The notes: generated from the letters alone by a model not told the origin. 32,000 bases of DNA from an uncultured Candidatus Saccharibacteria bacterium (GCA_964543385.1 CAZIYE010000004.1:17233-49232); one strand, 5' to 3'; shown: positions 1 to 9,813, counted from the stretch's first letter. Translations and numbers: made by a program.

Positions 1-110
1 AGTGAGCCCACGGGACGAGTATCGTCAGCCGCCTTAACAAACTCAGGCAAAAAATATGTTGCCGAGAAACAAATAACGAACAATAAAGTTTTTACTATTT
101 TTCCCCTCAT
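1..110 (-). CDS. Partial putative secreted/membrane protein (N-terminus only, runs off window edge)
   Basis: Hand translation from the ATG at 110 on the minus strand gives MRGKIVKTLLFVICFSATYFLPEFVKAADDTRPVGS, a classic signal-peptide shape (basic n-region, hydrophobic core, AXA-like end). Not in the supplied ORF track because it is truncated. Confidence 0.5.
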   Translation of the reverse strand, partial: MRGKIVKTLLFVICFSATYFLPEFVKAADDTRPVGS

Positions 111-130
111 AAAGCTATCTTTATTTTCCC

Positions 131-1189
131 CTATTCCATATTTACAAACATAGCATCGCCATAAGAATAGAAACGATAATTATGCTTTATTGCCTCGTCA
201 TACGCGTGTAAAACATTTTTTCTGCCGGCAAGAGCCGAGACTAAAAACAAGAGGGAAGAAGCCGGAAGGTGAAAGTTTGTTATAAGGCTATCAACAAATT
301 TGAATTTATAACCAGGATAAATGTATATATCGGTCCAGCCACTCAGCGATGGTAATGGTCGAACATCATTAGACAGCGACTCGGTGAATATTGTTTCCAA
401 TACACGGGTAGTTGTTGTTCCAACAGCGATAATCCTATGTCCGTTTTTTTTCAGCTCGAGCAAGCTATTATAAGAATCCTGGGAAATCGAATAAAATTCC
501 TGGTGGATTTTATGATCCTCAACTTCTTTCGCCTCAACATGAGCAAAAGTCCCCAGACCGACATGTAATGTTAATTCTAAGGTTTTTACACCCTTGATTC
601 TTATTTGGTCCAAAAGACTTGCGCTGAAATGCAAACCTGCCGTTGGCGCAGCAATGCTTCCTCTCTTTTTTGCATAAATTGTTTGATATCTTTCTTTATC
701 TTTTTCATACAAAGTATGATTTATTTTTCTCTTTGCCTCTATATACGGTGGCAAAGGGATGAGACCAATTTTTTCTAGCTCAGAAAAGAATTCTTCTTCC
801 TTAAAATTAAAATCCAAAACGAAAGTTTTATCATTCCTAGAGATAACATTGGCTTTCAAATCCGAGTTCTCAAAGATAATACTTTGATTGATACTTAAAT
901 TCTTGCCGATAACTTCCCAATAATTACCATCAATTTGGTGATTCAATAAAATTTCGACCCTACCTCCAGTGCTCTCCTTTTTTCCTATCAACCTTGCTGG
1001 AAAGACTTTTGTATTATTGAATACAAGGACATCTTTATCTGACAGGAGTGAAAGAAGATCGGAGAATTTCCGATGACTAATATGGCCCATGCTATCTAGA
1101 ACTAGCAGTTTTGATTCATCACGTTTATCAGTTGGTTTCTCCGCAATTAATTCGCTTGGCAGATTGAAATTATAATCAGACACTTTCAT
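131..1189 (-). CDS. queA: S-adenosylmethionine:tRNA ribosyltransferase-isomerase
   Basis: Family signature sequences: MKVSDYNFNLPSELIAEKP, KVFPARLIGKK, ALTLHVGLGTFAHVE-like segment, TTTTRVLE, NFHLPASSLLFLVSA. Confidence 0.96.
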   Translation of the reverse strand: MKVSDYNFNLPSELIAEKPTDKRDESKLLVLDSMGHISHRKFSDLLSLLSDKDVLVFNNTKVFPARLIGKKESTGGRVEILLNHQIDGNYWEVIGKNLSINQSIIFENSDLKANVISRNDKTFVLDFNFKEEEFFSELEKIGLIPLPPYIEAKRKINHTLYEKDKERYQTIYAKKRGSIAAPTAGLHFSASLLDQIRIKGVKTLELTLHVGLGTFAHVEAKEVEDHKIHQEFYSISQDSYNSLLELKKNGHRIIAVGTTTTRVLETIFTESLSNDVRPLPSLSGWTDIYIYPGYKFKFVDSLITNFHLPASSLLFLVSALAGRKNVLHAYDEAIKHNYRFYSYGDAMFVNME

Positions 1190-2034
1190 GGCGTTAGATC
1201 TATTTCCCTTCCTTCGGTTAATTCACCTTGACTATCTGATACTTTTTTATTCACTTTTGAATCATTCTTTGTATTAGAATCCGTAGCTACTAAAATCTTG
1301 TTATTTTGAGCAAGCTTTTTAATATTATCTTTCTCTGTCCTATCCTCCTGCGTTATTACCATCCCTCCGTATTTCACACGATCAATGAATCGTGATTCAC
1401 CGAGAACGTTTTTTGCCTGTCTTTCTAATTCTCCAAAAGGTAATTCAGCTTCACTATCTCTAGCTCTTTCTCCCAGACCAACATCTCTTCTGTTAGATCT
1501 TCTATTCGTCCTCTCAATATGTGCTTCATGGAGACTAATTATTTGTTTGGCGACTAAATAAGGATGTGGAATTGACTTGAAAACAAAATTCTCTCTTTCT
1601 CCGGCGGTTTGGATATGGACATCTCCAAAATGCAGTAATGTCTGCCAGATACCCTCAACTCGAGCATTTACATCCTGTACTTGGTGTAAATGCAATTCAG
1701 ATATTTGTCGTTTGAAATAACCTTCTTGACTGATATCGACAATTCTTTGATCAGTGACTATGTAAACATCAAGATAGTAGTCAACGAAGCCATAGAGCTG
1801 GGCAGCTAGTACAACTAAAACAAAAATAGCAAGAAAAATTACTAAGATTTGTCCGCCAACTGGCGTTATAAGTGTTGGGTTATTTACCCAGACAAAAAGA
1901 GCTATAAGCACAGGGATTACTGCAAGAAAATCCAGAAAGAAAAAGATCACATAGTTAAACCAGTGCTTTCTAATAAGAAGAAATATTCGCTCTTCTTGTG
2001 ATTGATTTGGAAATAATTTTTCTCTTACTGACAT
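1186..2034 (-). CDS. Membrane protein with bacterial PH-like (bPH2/YdbT-type) domain
   Basis: Two hydrophobic N-terminal helices followed by YYLDVYIVTDQRIVDISQEGYFKRQISELHLHQVQDV, typical of bPH domains, then a long charged tail. Confidence 0.75.
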   Translation of the reverse strand: MSVREKLFPNQSQEERIFLLIRKHWFNYVIFFFLDFLAVIPVLIALFVWVNNPTLITPVGGQILVIFLAIFVLVVLAAQLYGFVDYYLDVYIVTDQRIVDISQEGYFKRQISELHLHQVQDVNARVEGIWQTLLHFGDVHIQTAGERENFVFKSIPHPYLVAKQIISLHEAHIERTNRRSNRRDVGLGERARDSEAELPFGELERQAKNVLGESRFIDRVKYGGMVITQEDRTEKDNIKKLAQNNKILVATDSNTKNDSKVNKKVSDSQGELTEGREIDLTP

Positions 2035-2035
2035 A

Positions 2036-2242
2036 TTATGCTCCCGTTTCTAAAGCCGTTAAAATCAATACTGAGGACATGATTATCACTATGGAAATAA
2101 CTGAATATAAAATAATAATAACTTTTGATAAATCGCCAGAATACCCAAATCTCCAGAGATGGTAGATACCGAAAAGGCTGAAGATTATATAGGCGAATAG
2201 AAATAGTCCGTAAAAGAAGAAAAGGAGATTAAATGAATTCAT
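2036..2242 (-). CDS. Small hypothetical membrane protein (68 aa)
   Basis: Two hydrophobic segments; tightly packed between flanking co-directional genes. Confidence 0.6.
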   Translation of the reverse strand: MNSFNLLFFFYGLFLFAYIIFSLFGIYHLWRFGYSGDLSKVIIILYSVISIVIIMSSVLILTALETGA

Positions 2243-2841
2243 TCCAGCCTCCTCTCTTTTAGGGATTCAAGACATCCACAATATGCTGGCAATGATACGC
2301 CATGATTTCTAGCATAATTTCTTCCCATCCAATAGCCCTTACGAAAGTCTTGATAATAGAAATTTACCCCGTAGTCTAAAGCAATTTCATTGCTAATCTC
2401 GACTATCTCATCATGATTTTTATATGGGGAACAAAGCAATGTGGTAGTAAAATATTTGATCCTTCTTTTTTTTGCCTGTTCAATTGTTTTTTGCATTACC
2501 ATCGAATTGCAGAGAAAACAACGTTTTCTTCGATACCGCTCCTTATCACTGATATACTTCATCGAGGCAGGATCTTTAAAGGGATTGGTCAAATTAGAAA
2601 AATCGCTTGGGTCATAGTTTGCTTCGACGAATTCTATTTTGTTATTTAGGCAGTATTCTATTAGTCCTTGCTTGCGCTGGTTATATTCTTGCGCCTCATC
2701 GATCTCTGGATTGTAAAAAAAGGCTACTACTTTAAAACCAACTTTTTCTAGCTCCGAAAAAACATGACTGGCACAAGCTGTGCAGCAACTATGTACAAAA
2801 ATTTTTTTGCTCATAGCCGATATCCTTATATTAATTGGCAC
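2239..2841 (-). CDS. queH: Epoxyqueuosine reductase QueH (DUF208 family)
   Basis: [19 protein letters not shown] and PAYCGCLES cysteine motifs characteristic of QueH. Confidence 0.88.
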   Translation of the reverse strand: MPINIRISAMSKKIFVHSCCTACASHVFSELEKVGFKVVAFFYNPEIDEAQEYNQRKQGLIEYCLNNKIEFVEANYDPSDFSNLTNPFKDPASMKYISDKERYRRKRCFLCNSMVMQKTIEQAKKRRIKYFTTTLLCSPYKNHDEIVEISNEIALDYGVNFYYQDFRKGYWMGRNYARNHGVSLPAYCGCLESLKERRLE

Positions 2842-3872
2842 TGATCTACTGGCTTTTGTATTCTGAGGTGTTTATAAGCCAGAAGTGTGGCGATTCTACC
2901 ACGATTAGTACGATTAATAAACCCCAGCTGTAGAAGATATGGCTCTATAACGTCCTCTATTGTGTCTTTGTCTTCGGAAATTGCCGCGGAGATAGTCTCT
3001 AACCCAACTGGACCGCCACTAAATTTATTGATTATAGTATCCAGATAAAAACGATCATTTCTATCCAGACCTAATTCATCAATATCTAACTTATTGATTG
3101 CTTCAAAAGCTACAGCCTTATTCACAACACCATTATGCTTTACTTCTGCATAGTCTCTCACTCTCTTGAGAAGACGATTAGCTATACGTGGAGTCTTCCT
3201 TGATCTTTTGGCAATTTCTAGAATACCGCTATCATCTATCTTTATCCCAAGTATCTGTGCCGACCTTCTGATAATTTCTGAAAGTTCTTTATCTTCATAA
3301 AATTCAAGTCTATGTACAAAACCAAAGCGATCACGCAAAGGAGATGAAAGCGAACCAAACTTTGTAGTAGCACCGATTAAGGTAAACTTTGGAAGATTCA
3401 TTCTCATTGCTTTTGCAGAAGGCCCCTTACCTAATATTAGGTCAACGGCGTAATCCTCCATGGCAGAATACAAAATTTCCTCGACTGTGGTATTGAGACG
3501 ATGAATCTCATCGATGAAAAGAATATCGCTCTCAGATAAATTCGTCAGCAGAGACACCAGATCTCCTGATCTTTGGATGGCTGGACCTGACGTTATTCTA
3601 ATATTTACTCCCATCTCAGAGGCAATAATATTTGCAAGAGTAGTTTTGCCAAGCCCTGGAGGACCATAAAAAAGCATATGTTCAACTGGTTCGCTTCTTT
3701 TTCTGGCGGCTTCTATAAATATAACTAGATTTTCTTTGATTTGATTTTGTCCGACGTATTCTGCAATTTTTTTAGGCCGCAAAGAAAAATCGAGCACTTC
3801 ATCATCATTAGTAAAAGAAGTGGAGGTTAAATCAGACTCGAAATTTTCGCTATCACTTTTTTTCATATACAA
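2826..3872 (-). CDS. ruvB: Holliday junction branch migration DNA helicase RuvB
   Basis: [28 protein letters not shown] (Walker A), [11 protein letters not shown] (Walker B), [18 protein letters not shown]. Start may be the internal Met (MKKSDSE). Confidence 0.97.
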   Translation of the reverse strand: MYMKKSDSENFESDLTSTSFTNDDEVLDFSLRPKKIAEYVGQNQIKENLVIFIEAARKRSEPVEHMLFYGPPGLGKTTLANIIASEMGVNIRITSGPAIQRSGDLVSLLTNLSESDILFIDEIHRLNTTVEEILYSAMEDYAVDLILGKGPSAKAMRMNLPKFTLIGATTKFGSLSSPLRDRFGFVHRLEFYEDKELSEIIRRSAQILGIKIDDSGILEIAKRSRKTPRIANRLLKRVRDYAEVKHNGVVNKAVAFEAINKLDIDELGLDRNDRFYLDTIINKFSGGPVGLETISAAISEDKDTIEDVIEPYLLQLGFINRTNRGRIATLLAYKHLRIQKPVDQCQLI

Positions 3873-3941
3873 AATAATAAGTCATTGGAGATCTTAGGCT
3901 TATTATAGATAGTCTGTCTGGATATGTAAAATAATAAATAA

Positions 3942-4526
3942 TTACTTCGCTGATAAGTTTTTTAAACACCACCGAACTCTTTCTTCGGTGGAGATTATAT
4001 CGGATGGGATTTTACTAACCAACCCCTGTATTTCTGATTTTTTATAGCCCAAAGATTGCATTGCATCCATTAAATCATCTGCTTCATCAATTTTCCCGAT
4101 GACGTTAATGCTTTTATCAGAAGATATTTTTGATTTAAGATCAAGGATTATTTTGGCTGCTACTTTCTTACCTATTCCAGAAATTGCAGTAAAGAAACTC
4201 ATGTCATCGCTGATTATTGCATGAAGAATTTTATCTGTCCCCGCATAGCTCATAATATTTAAACCAGCTTTTGGACCGACACCATTAACAGAAATCAATT
4301 TCTCAAATAACTCTAATTCTTGGTAGCTCAAAAAACCATAAAAATCATCGGCATCCTCCCTGATATGCTCATAGATATATAGCTCTACATCTTCTCGCGT
4401 ATCGACGATGTTATTCTTTATTTTGATTTGCGGATTGACAAAAACTTTATAACCGACTCCTCTAGTTTCCAGGATAATAAGACCCCATTTAAATAAAACT
4501 ACTCTACCTTTTAGATAAGAAATCAT
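3942..4526 (-). CDS. ruvA: Holliday junction branch migration protein RuvA
   Basis: MISYLKGRV N-terminus, YGFLSYQELELFEKLISVNGVGPKAGLNI, GIGKKVAAKIILDLKSK helix-hairpin-helix motifs. Confidence 0.95.
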   Translation of the reverse strand: MISYLKGRVVLFKWGLIILETRGVGYKVFVNPQIKIKNNIVDTREDVELYIYEHIREDADDFYGFLSYQELELFEKLISVNGVGPKAGLNIMSYAGTDKILHAIISDDMSFFTAISGIGKKVAAKIILDLKSKISSDKSINVIGKIDEADDLMDAMQSLGYKKSEIQGLVSKIPSDIISTEERVRWCLKNLSAK

Positions 4527-5531
4527 TTATTTGTCCTTCTTGGTTTCAGGAAAAGCAATATCTAGTATATCTCCTGCGACATTTCGAGACTCACCCTCGT
4601 AAGGGAAATGATGCATAAATATTCCAGGACTTGAGTTTATCTCCACAATAATGTGATTGTCGGGTGTTTGCTCTACTGTAATATCCCTTGAAAGAAAATC
4701 CATGCCGCCATAGGCAAGGCCGGGGATTGCCTTAATTACTTTTACTGCAATTTCGTGCACTGAAGGATGAACCTTATCGGTAAAATCGATGCTGTCACCC
4801 CCAGTTGAAAGATTGGAATTTTCACGCAGGAATACTTGTTCGCCAGCTTGCGGCTTATAATTGATGTCTCTGTTAGACTTTTTTAATGTTTCAATAACAA
4901 TGTCATCTATATCAATTTTTACGAGGCATTTTTTAAAATCCTTATATGAGTCATCACCTCTTCTGGGATCAGAATTTTTAATCTCCACTAATTCTTTTAT
5001 TGTGTGGATGCCATCGCCGATCACATTAGCAGGAACACGATTAGTAATTCCCAGTACTTTGTCCTGACTAGCAACTACTCGATACTCCGTACCGCCATCA
5101 AAATAGCGCTCGACAAGAATATTATTGAATTTAATTGATACTTTCTGCCAGTGTTTAATAAAATCATCCTCGTCGGCAATATTTGCAAAAACACAATTTC
5201 CATGACTTGAATTTGTCGGTTTAATAACAACCGGATATCCTATTTTCTTTGCAAAGGCCAGCGCTTCATCTAACTGCATTTTGGTAAATTTTTCGCCTTC
5301 GGCTATTGATAGGCCAGCCTCTTTTAGAACCTGCTTCGTCAAATTCTTATTGTTAACTAACTCATAAGCAACCGATGTTGTTTTGGAAATAAATTGGCAA
5401 CACAGGTATTCTTCATGACCTCCATAGCTTAGTTTGGCAACTTTTCCTGGGCATAAGTCATCTACCTTGACACCACGTTTATTTGCTTCATTAACAATGA
5501 TCTGAGTTGAGATTGTATAATTTTCTTTCAT
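4527..5531 (-). CDS. ATP-grasp carboxylate-amine ligase, cyanophycin synthetase/GshF-type ATP-grasp domain
   Basis: GYPVVIKPTNSSHG, EYRVVASQDKVLGITNRVPANVIGDGIHTIKELVEIKNSDPRRG, VEINSSPGIFMHHFPYEGESRNVA motifs; paralogous to the neighbouring ORF. Confidence 0.85.
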   Translation of the reverse strand: MKENYTISTQIIVNEANKRGVKVDDLCPGKVAKLSYGGHEEYLCCQFISKTTSVAYELVNNKNLTKQVLKEAGLSIAEGEKFTKMQLDEALAFAKKIGYPVVIKPTNSSHGNCVFANIADEDDFIKHWQKVSIKFNNILVERYFDGGTEYRVVASQDKVLGITNRVPANVIGDGIHTIKELVEIKNSDPRRGDDSYKDFKKCLVKIDIDDIVIETLKKSNRDINYKPQAGEQVFLRENSNLSTGGDSIDFTDKVHPSVHEIAVKVIKAIPGLAYGGMDFLSRDITVEQTPDNHIIVEINSSPGIFMHHFPYEGESRNVAGDILDIAFPETKKDK

Positions 5532-5538
5532 TCTTTAC

Positions 5539-6519
5539 CTATTTAATTGTTTCTGGAAAATTGACATCGATAATTGCTGACGCAATATCAACCGGTTTGC
5601 CAATCGTTGGCTGATGGTGCAAAGCAATTCCAGGAATAGAATTTACTTCGATCACAACATAATTATCTTTATTCTGAAGTTTGGTGATATCTTTTGTCAT
5701 AAAATCAACCCCGCCATATTGCAAACCTGGTATTGCCTCAATAGCTTTCCTGGATATCTCTAAAACTGAAGGGTGTGCAATTTCATTACAGTCAAGACTT
5801 TCACCCCCTGTAGCAATATTAGAGTTTTCACGTAAGAATATTTGTTCATCCTTTTTTGGGATATAGTCTAAATCGTGTCCTTCTTTCTTAATCGTTCCGC
5901 GCACAACATCATCAATTACAATTTGTGCTAGTGGTGTAAGACCGGGGCCTCGTCTAGGATCCTGATTTTTTATGCCGATAAGTTCGCGCAGATTGTGAGT
6001 ACCGTCACCAACTACATTAGCAGGAATTCGGTGTATGACAGATAGAGATTTATCTCTGGTAGCGAATACGCGGTATTCTTTGCCAATAAACATCTTTTCA
6101 ACAATAATTTCGCTATATTTTTGGCCAATTTTTTTCCAGGCAGATAAAAACTGCTCCTTGTCCGATATGTTTGGAAACACAAGATCACCTTCCATGCCGG
6201 TAGTTGGCTTTACCACAACTGGCCAACCATTTTTTTCCACGTATGACAAAGCTTCATAGATTTGATCATTTAAGAAATTCATGCCTTTAGGGACTTCAAC
6301 CCCTGCTTCCTCGAGCAACATTTTTGTAAAATTTTTGTTCAGGCAAAACTTCGAAGCAAGTGCAGTCGTTTTAGATGAAAGAGTTTCATTGAAATACTCT
6401 TTATGTCCTTGATACTCCAAAACAAAGTAGTCCCTATGGTAAAATCTGACACTTATTCCCCGCTTTATTGCTTCATCTGTGACATATTTGACTGCCAAAC
6501 GCATGACTTTGTGACTCAT
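5539..6519 (-). CDS. ATP-grasp carboxylate-amine ligase, second paralogue
   Basis: WPVVVKPTTGMEG, EYRVFATRDKSLSVIHRIPANVVGDGTHNLRELIGIKNQDPRRG, VEVNSIPGIALHHQPTIGKP. Confidence 0.85.
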   Translation of the reverse strand: MSHKVMRLAVKYVTDEAIKRGISVRFYHRDYFVLEYQGHKEYFNETLSSKTTALASKFCLNKNFTKMLLEEAGVEVPKGMNFLNDQIYEALSYVEKNGWPVVVKPTTGMEGDLVFPNISDKEQFLSAWKKIGQKYSEIIVEKMFIGKEYRVFATRDKSLSVIHRIPANVVGDGTHNLRELIGIKNQDPRRGPGLTPLAQIVIDDVVRGTIKKEGHDLDYIPKKDEQIFLRENSNIATGGESLDCNEIAHPSVLEISRKAIEAIPGLQYGGVDFMTKDITKLQNKDNYVVIEVNSIPGIALHHQPTIGKPVDIASAIIDVNFPETIK

Positions 6520-6696
6520 CAGTACTCCTTTTTGTTGTCTTATTTCTCTCTTATCAAGATAACGGTAATGACCGCTTAAATCAAGTGATTTATCTTATTG
6601 CTTAGGGTTGAAAAAGTTAGGAAAATATTGTATAGTTTTGGCTTACTCTATATCAAAAAGCTTGCCCTTAAGGGCCAAATAGTGGACAATACAATT

Positions 6697-8256
6697 ATGA
6701 AAACCGAAGAGCAGATAATCTTTTCGAATCTTCAAAAAAGATTGAAAAAAAATAAGAAGCTTTCTAACTACAATTATCGTGGCGAAAGAACTTTTGTAGT
6801 TGTCTCGGGCTTAAATTCTGACAAATTTAACCTTTCAAAAGTTAAGGGCTTAAGATTTTATGAAGAGAGAATGTTGTTTATCCTTTTTCTTCTCAAATAT
6901 AAGAATACGAAGATTGTATATGTAACTTCTGATAATTTTGACACCACTCTATTCGATTATTATCTAGGCTTGATATCAGGCAAGCCAAAAGAGATTGCCG
7001 ATATGAAATCAAGATTGACCCATATTCAGGTAAAAGACAGCCAGCACCTGAGTCTTACCGAAAAGCTATACAATTCTCATGCCGCTCTCAAAAGAATTGC
7101 TAAGGCTATTACAAATGAAAAGACCACCGTTTTACGTTGCTATAATCCAACTATTCTTGAAAGAAAATTAGCAGTAAGAATTGGTATACCCCTCTTCGGA
7201 TCTGCCGAGAAATTTGATTACGTTGGCAGTAAAAGTGGCGGACGCAAGGTATTTAAATTAGCCGACCTAAATGTCATCCCCGGAATTACTAGCTTGAAAA
7301 GTTTTACTGAACTTTATGGGGCAATCGCGAAATTAATGAGAGACTACCCAAAGTTCAAGAAATTGGTAATTAAACTTGAACAGGGTGCTTCTGGTAGGGG
7401 GAATTGTCTCTTTTCTGTAGAAGATTTTTTGAATGACAATGATATCGAGATTTCTATTAGAACAGATCTGGCCAAACTCACCTCTTTAATCAAAAAGAAT
7501 TTCCATAAATATTGCAGGTTAGAAGCGGATGACTTAGAGATAGAGAGATATATCAGGGAATTCAATAGGATTGGCGGCATAGTTGAGGGTTATGTCGATG
7601 GAAAAATAAAATATTCTCCTAGCGCACAGTTGTTTTTATCGACAGAAGGAAAAGTCTCTATTGCTTCTACCCATGAGCAAATTCTCGGTGGTTCTGACGG
7701 TCAAAAATATCTTGGCTGTACATTTCCGGCTTTGGACGTTCATCGCAAGCTAGTTATTCGAGAGGCCAAAAAAGTCGGTGACTGGATGATAAAGAAGGGT
7801 ATGGTTGGTCATTTCTCGATTGATTTTGTTACGGTTCAGTCAAATGAGTTAGAAATACCGAAGATATACCCAATTGAGATAAATTTACGTAAAGGCGGCA
7901 CAACTCATCCTTTTAGAATTGCTTACTATCTGACTAAATCAAAATATAATAAGCGGGACGGCATTTTATACTGTGGCAAAACTCCAATTTATTATATGGC
8001 CAGAGATATCGTAGAATCAGAGAAATACAAAGTTTTATCATCATCCGAGCTGATTAAGATGATTGATAAGAGCAAAATTAGTTTCAATAAAAATACCAAA
8101 AAAGGCGTTATGGTCTATATGCCAGGAATGATCTCGGAGTATGGAAGATTTGGCGCATTATCGGTTGGCCATACCAAAGAGGAAGCAGAAGAATACTTTA
8201 AAAAACTTATAAAAGCTATCAACCTACACTCTAATAGAAAAATAAATAAAATTTAG
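6697..8256 (+). CDS. PGM1-like (peptide ligase PGM1-related) ATP-grasp protein
   Basis: Long ATP-grasp-like protein with LVIKLEQGASGRGN, AFPALDVHRKL-like segment, VGHFSIDFVTV, PIEINLRKGGTTHPFRIAYYLTKSKYN. I place the start at the ATG at 6697 (MKTEEQIIFSNLQ) rather than 6598. Confidence 0.75.
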   Translation: MKTEEQIIFSNLQKRLKKNKKLSNYNYRGERTFVVVSGLNSDKFNLSKVKGLRFYEERMLFILFLLKYKNTKIVYVTSDNFDTTLFDYYLGLISGKPKEIADMKSRLTHIQVKDSQHLSLTEKLYNSHAALKRIAKAITNEKTTVLRCYNPTILERKLAVRIGIPLFGSAEKFDYVGSKSGGRKVFKLADLNVIPGITSLKSFTELYGAIAKLMRDYPKFKKLVIKLEQGASGRGNCLFSVEDFLNDNDIEISIRTDLAKLTSLIKKNFHKYCRLEADDLEIERYIREFNRIGGIVEGYVDGKIKYSPSAQLFLSTEGKVSIASTHEQILGGSDGQKYLGCTFPALDVHRKLVIREAKKVGDWMIKKGMVGHFSIDFVTVQSNELEIPKIYPIEINLRKGGTTHPFRIAYYLTKSKYNKRDGILYCGKTPIYYMARDIVESEKYKVLSSSELIKMIDKSKISFNKNTKKGVMVYMPGMISEYGRFGALSVGHTKEEAEEYFKKLIKAINLHSNRKINKI

Positions 8257-8287
8257 TGACTTTTCGATAAGTGATAAGCTGCTAAGA

Positions 8288-9277
8288 CTAAGATCTCCCC
8301 TTTAAATACTCTGCGGCTTCTTCTGGCGGCATAGTATTGATGACAATATCGCTACTCAACTCAAAACCACCGTATCTAGAGACTCTTGGCACAATTTCAA
8401 TATGCCAATGGTACGAATCGGAGTTCTCGTGAATCGTTGGCAATGTATGGATGTAAAAGTTTAGAGGTGGGTTTTCTAGGGTTTTGTCGATCATTTGGAA
8501 AACAGTGGTCAAAGCATCTGCACAATCTTTCATATAAGTTTTTGAAGTATTCTCGAACTGACTTTCGTGTTTTTTGGGCATAACCCAGGTCTCAAAAGGA
8601 AATCTAGGTGCATAAAAATTGAAGGCGATGAAGTGCTCATTTTCATATACAACTCTGATTTTTTCTTTGATCTCATGATGAATAATATCGCAGTAAACAC
8701 AAGCCCCATTTATGCCATAGTAGCGGTCTGCGCCCTCTAACTCTCTGCCGACTTCATTTGTTACAATTCCTGAAGCAAATATCTGAGCATGCGGATGATC
8801 GATAGATGCTCCAGCTTCGGCCCCATGATTGTAGATAGGAACAATAGAGGCAACTTTCTCATGCTCTTTCATCCATAGATATCTTTCTCTTATAACCTCA
8901 AGGACTTCATCCATGAGAGATTTACTAAACTTCAATAATGGGGTTGTGTGATCTTTTATGATAATTACTTCGTGATCCCCCACGGAGGCACGTGCGCGAT
9001 AAAAACCCTCTTCAGGATAAAAACTTCTGATTGATTTTTTGGATTCATCTTCAACAAAAGCCGGAAAACGATTCTCAACTACATAAACATTCTCTGTTTC
9101 ATATTTCATGTGAGCTTTATTCTGTTTGTATCCTACAGAATCCACACAAAATGGACAGTTATCCTTATTAGAAACTTTCACACTTTTTGGAATAACGAAA
9201 TCTTTTGGACGCTTTGCTCTTTCTGGCGCTACGACTACCCAATCACCAGTTATGATATTTTGTCTTAGTTCTGGCAT
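8288..9277 (-). CDS. galT: Galactose-1-phosphate uridylyltransferase family protein
   Basis: MPELRQNIITGDWVVVAPERAKRP, CPFC, EVIIIKDHT, NHGAEAGASIDHPHAQI, YHWHIEIVPR. Start set at MPELRQ (9277); the ORF track start is 9292. Confidence 0.92.
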   Translation of the reverse strand: MPELRQNIITGDWVVVAPERAKRPKDFVIPKSVKVSNKDNCPFCVDSVGYKQNKAHMKYETENVYVVENRFPAFVEDESKKSIRSFYPEEGFYRARASVGDHEVIIIKDHTTPLLKFSKSLMDEVLEVIRERYLWMKEHEKVASIVPIYNHGAEAGASIDHPHAQIFASGIVTNEVGRELEGADRYYGINGACVYCDIIHHEIKEKIRVVYENEHFIAFNFYAPRFPFETWVMPKKHESQFENTSKTYMKDCADALTTVFQMIDKTLENPPLNFYIHTLPTIHENSDSYHWHIEIVPRVSRYGGFELSSDIVINTMPPEEAAEYLKGRS

Positions 9278-9309
9278 CTTCCCTCCGATCAAATTTTCAA
9301 TTTTATTTT

Positions 9310-9813
9310 TTAAACTATCTTTTGATTTGTTTGGCCATGGCAGATTGCAATAGCCAATGCATCAGCAGCATCATCTGGCTTTGGACAATCTTTGAGTTTG
9401 CATGTAACCTTTACCATTTCTTGTATCTGATTTTTGTCTGCCCTGCCATAACCAGTTAAGGCCTGTTTTACCTGTAAAGGCGTATACTCGAAGACTGGCA
9501 GACTGAAATTTTTTGCGACAACGATTGCCACCCCTCTTGCCTCGGCAACCGAAATTATTGTTTTCTGGTTTTTAAAGAAAAATAGTTCTTCAATCGCAAA
9601 TTCATCTATCTGGTTTGTCCTAATTATATCAGATAAGGAATTGAAAATATGCAAAAGACGCTCGCTGCGCTCGCTATTTGCCGGAGTTCTTACACAACCA
9701 TATTTTATAGGGATTATTTCAGATCCCCTTTTCTCTATTATCCCCCAGCCCATTATACCAGTCCCTGGATCAATACCAAGAATTCTAATCGAGTTATTTT
9801 TTAATTTTTCCAT
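9310..9813 (-). CDS. ruvC: Crossover junction endodeoxyribonuclease RuvC
   Basis: RILGIDPGTGIMGWGII, FAIEELFFFKNQKT, EARGVAIVVA, YTPLQVKQALTGYGRADKNQIQ, DDAADALAIAICH. Confidence 0.95.
   Translation of the reverse strand: MEKLKNNSIRILGIDPGTGIMGWGIIEKRGSEIIPIKYGCVRTPANSERSERLLHIFNSLSDIIRTNQIDEFAIEELFFFKNQKTIISVAEARGVAIVVAKNFSLPVFEYTPLQVKQALTGYGRADKNQIQEMVKVTCKLKDCPKPDDAADALAIAICHGQTNQKIV

Noticed and set aside
9653-9680. GCTCGCTGCGCTCGCT motif in ruvC as a repeat element
   Set aside because: Encoded within the conserved RuvC reading frame (NSERSERLLHI); looks like local low complexity rather than an insertion.
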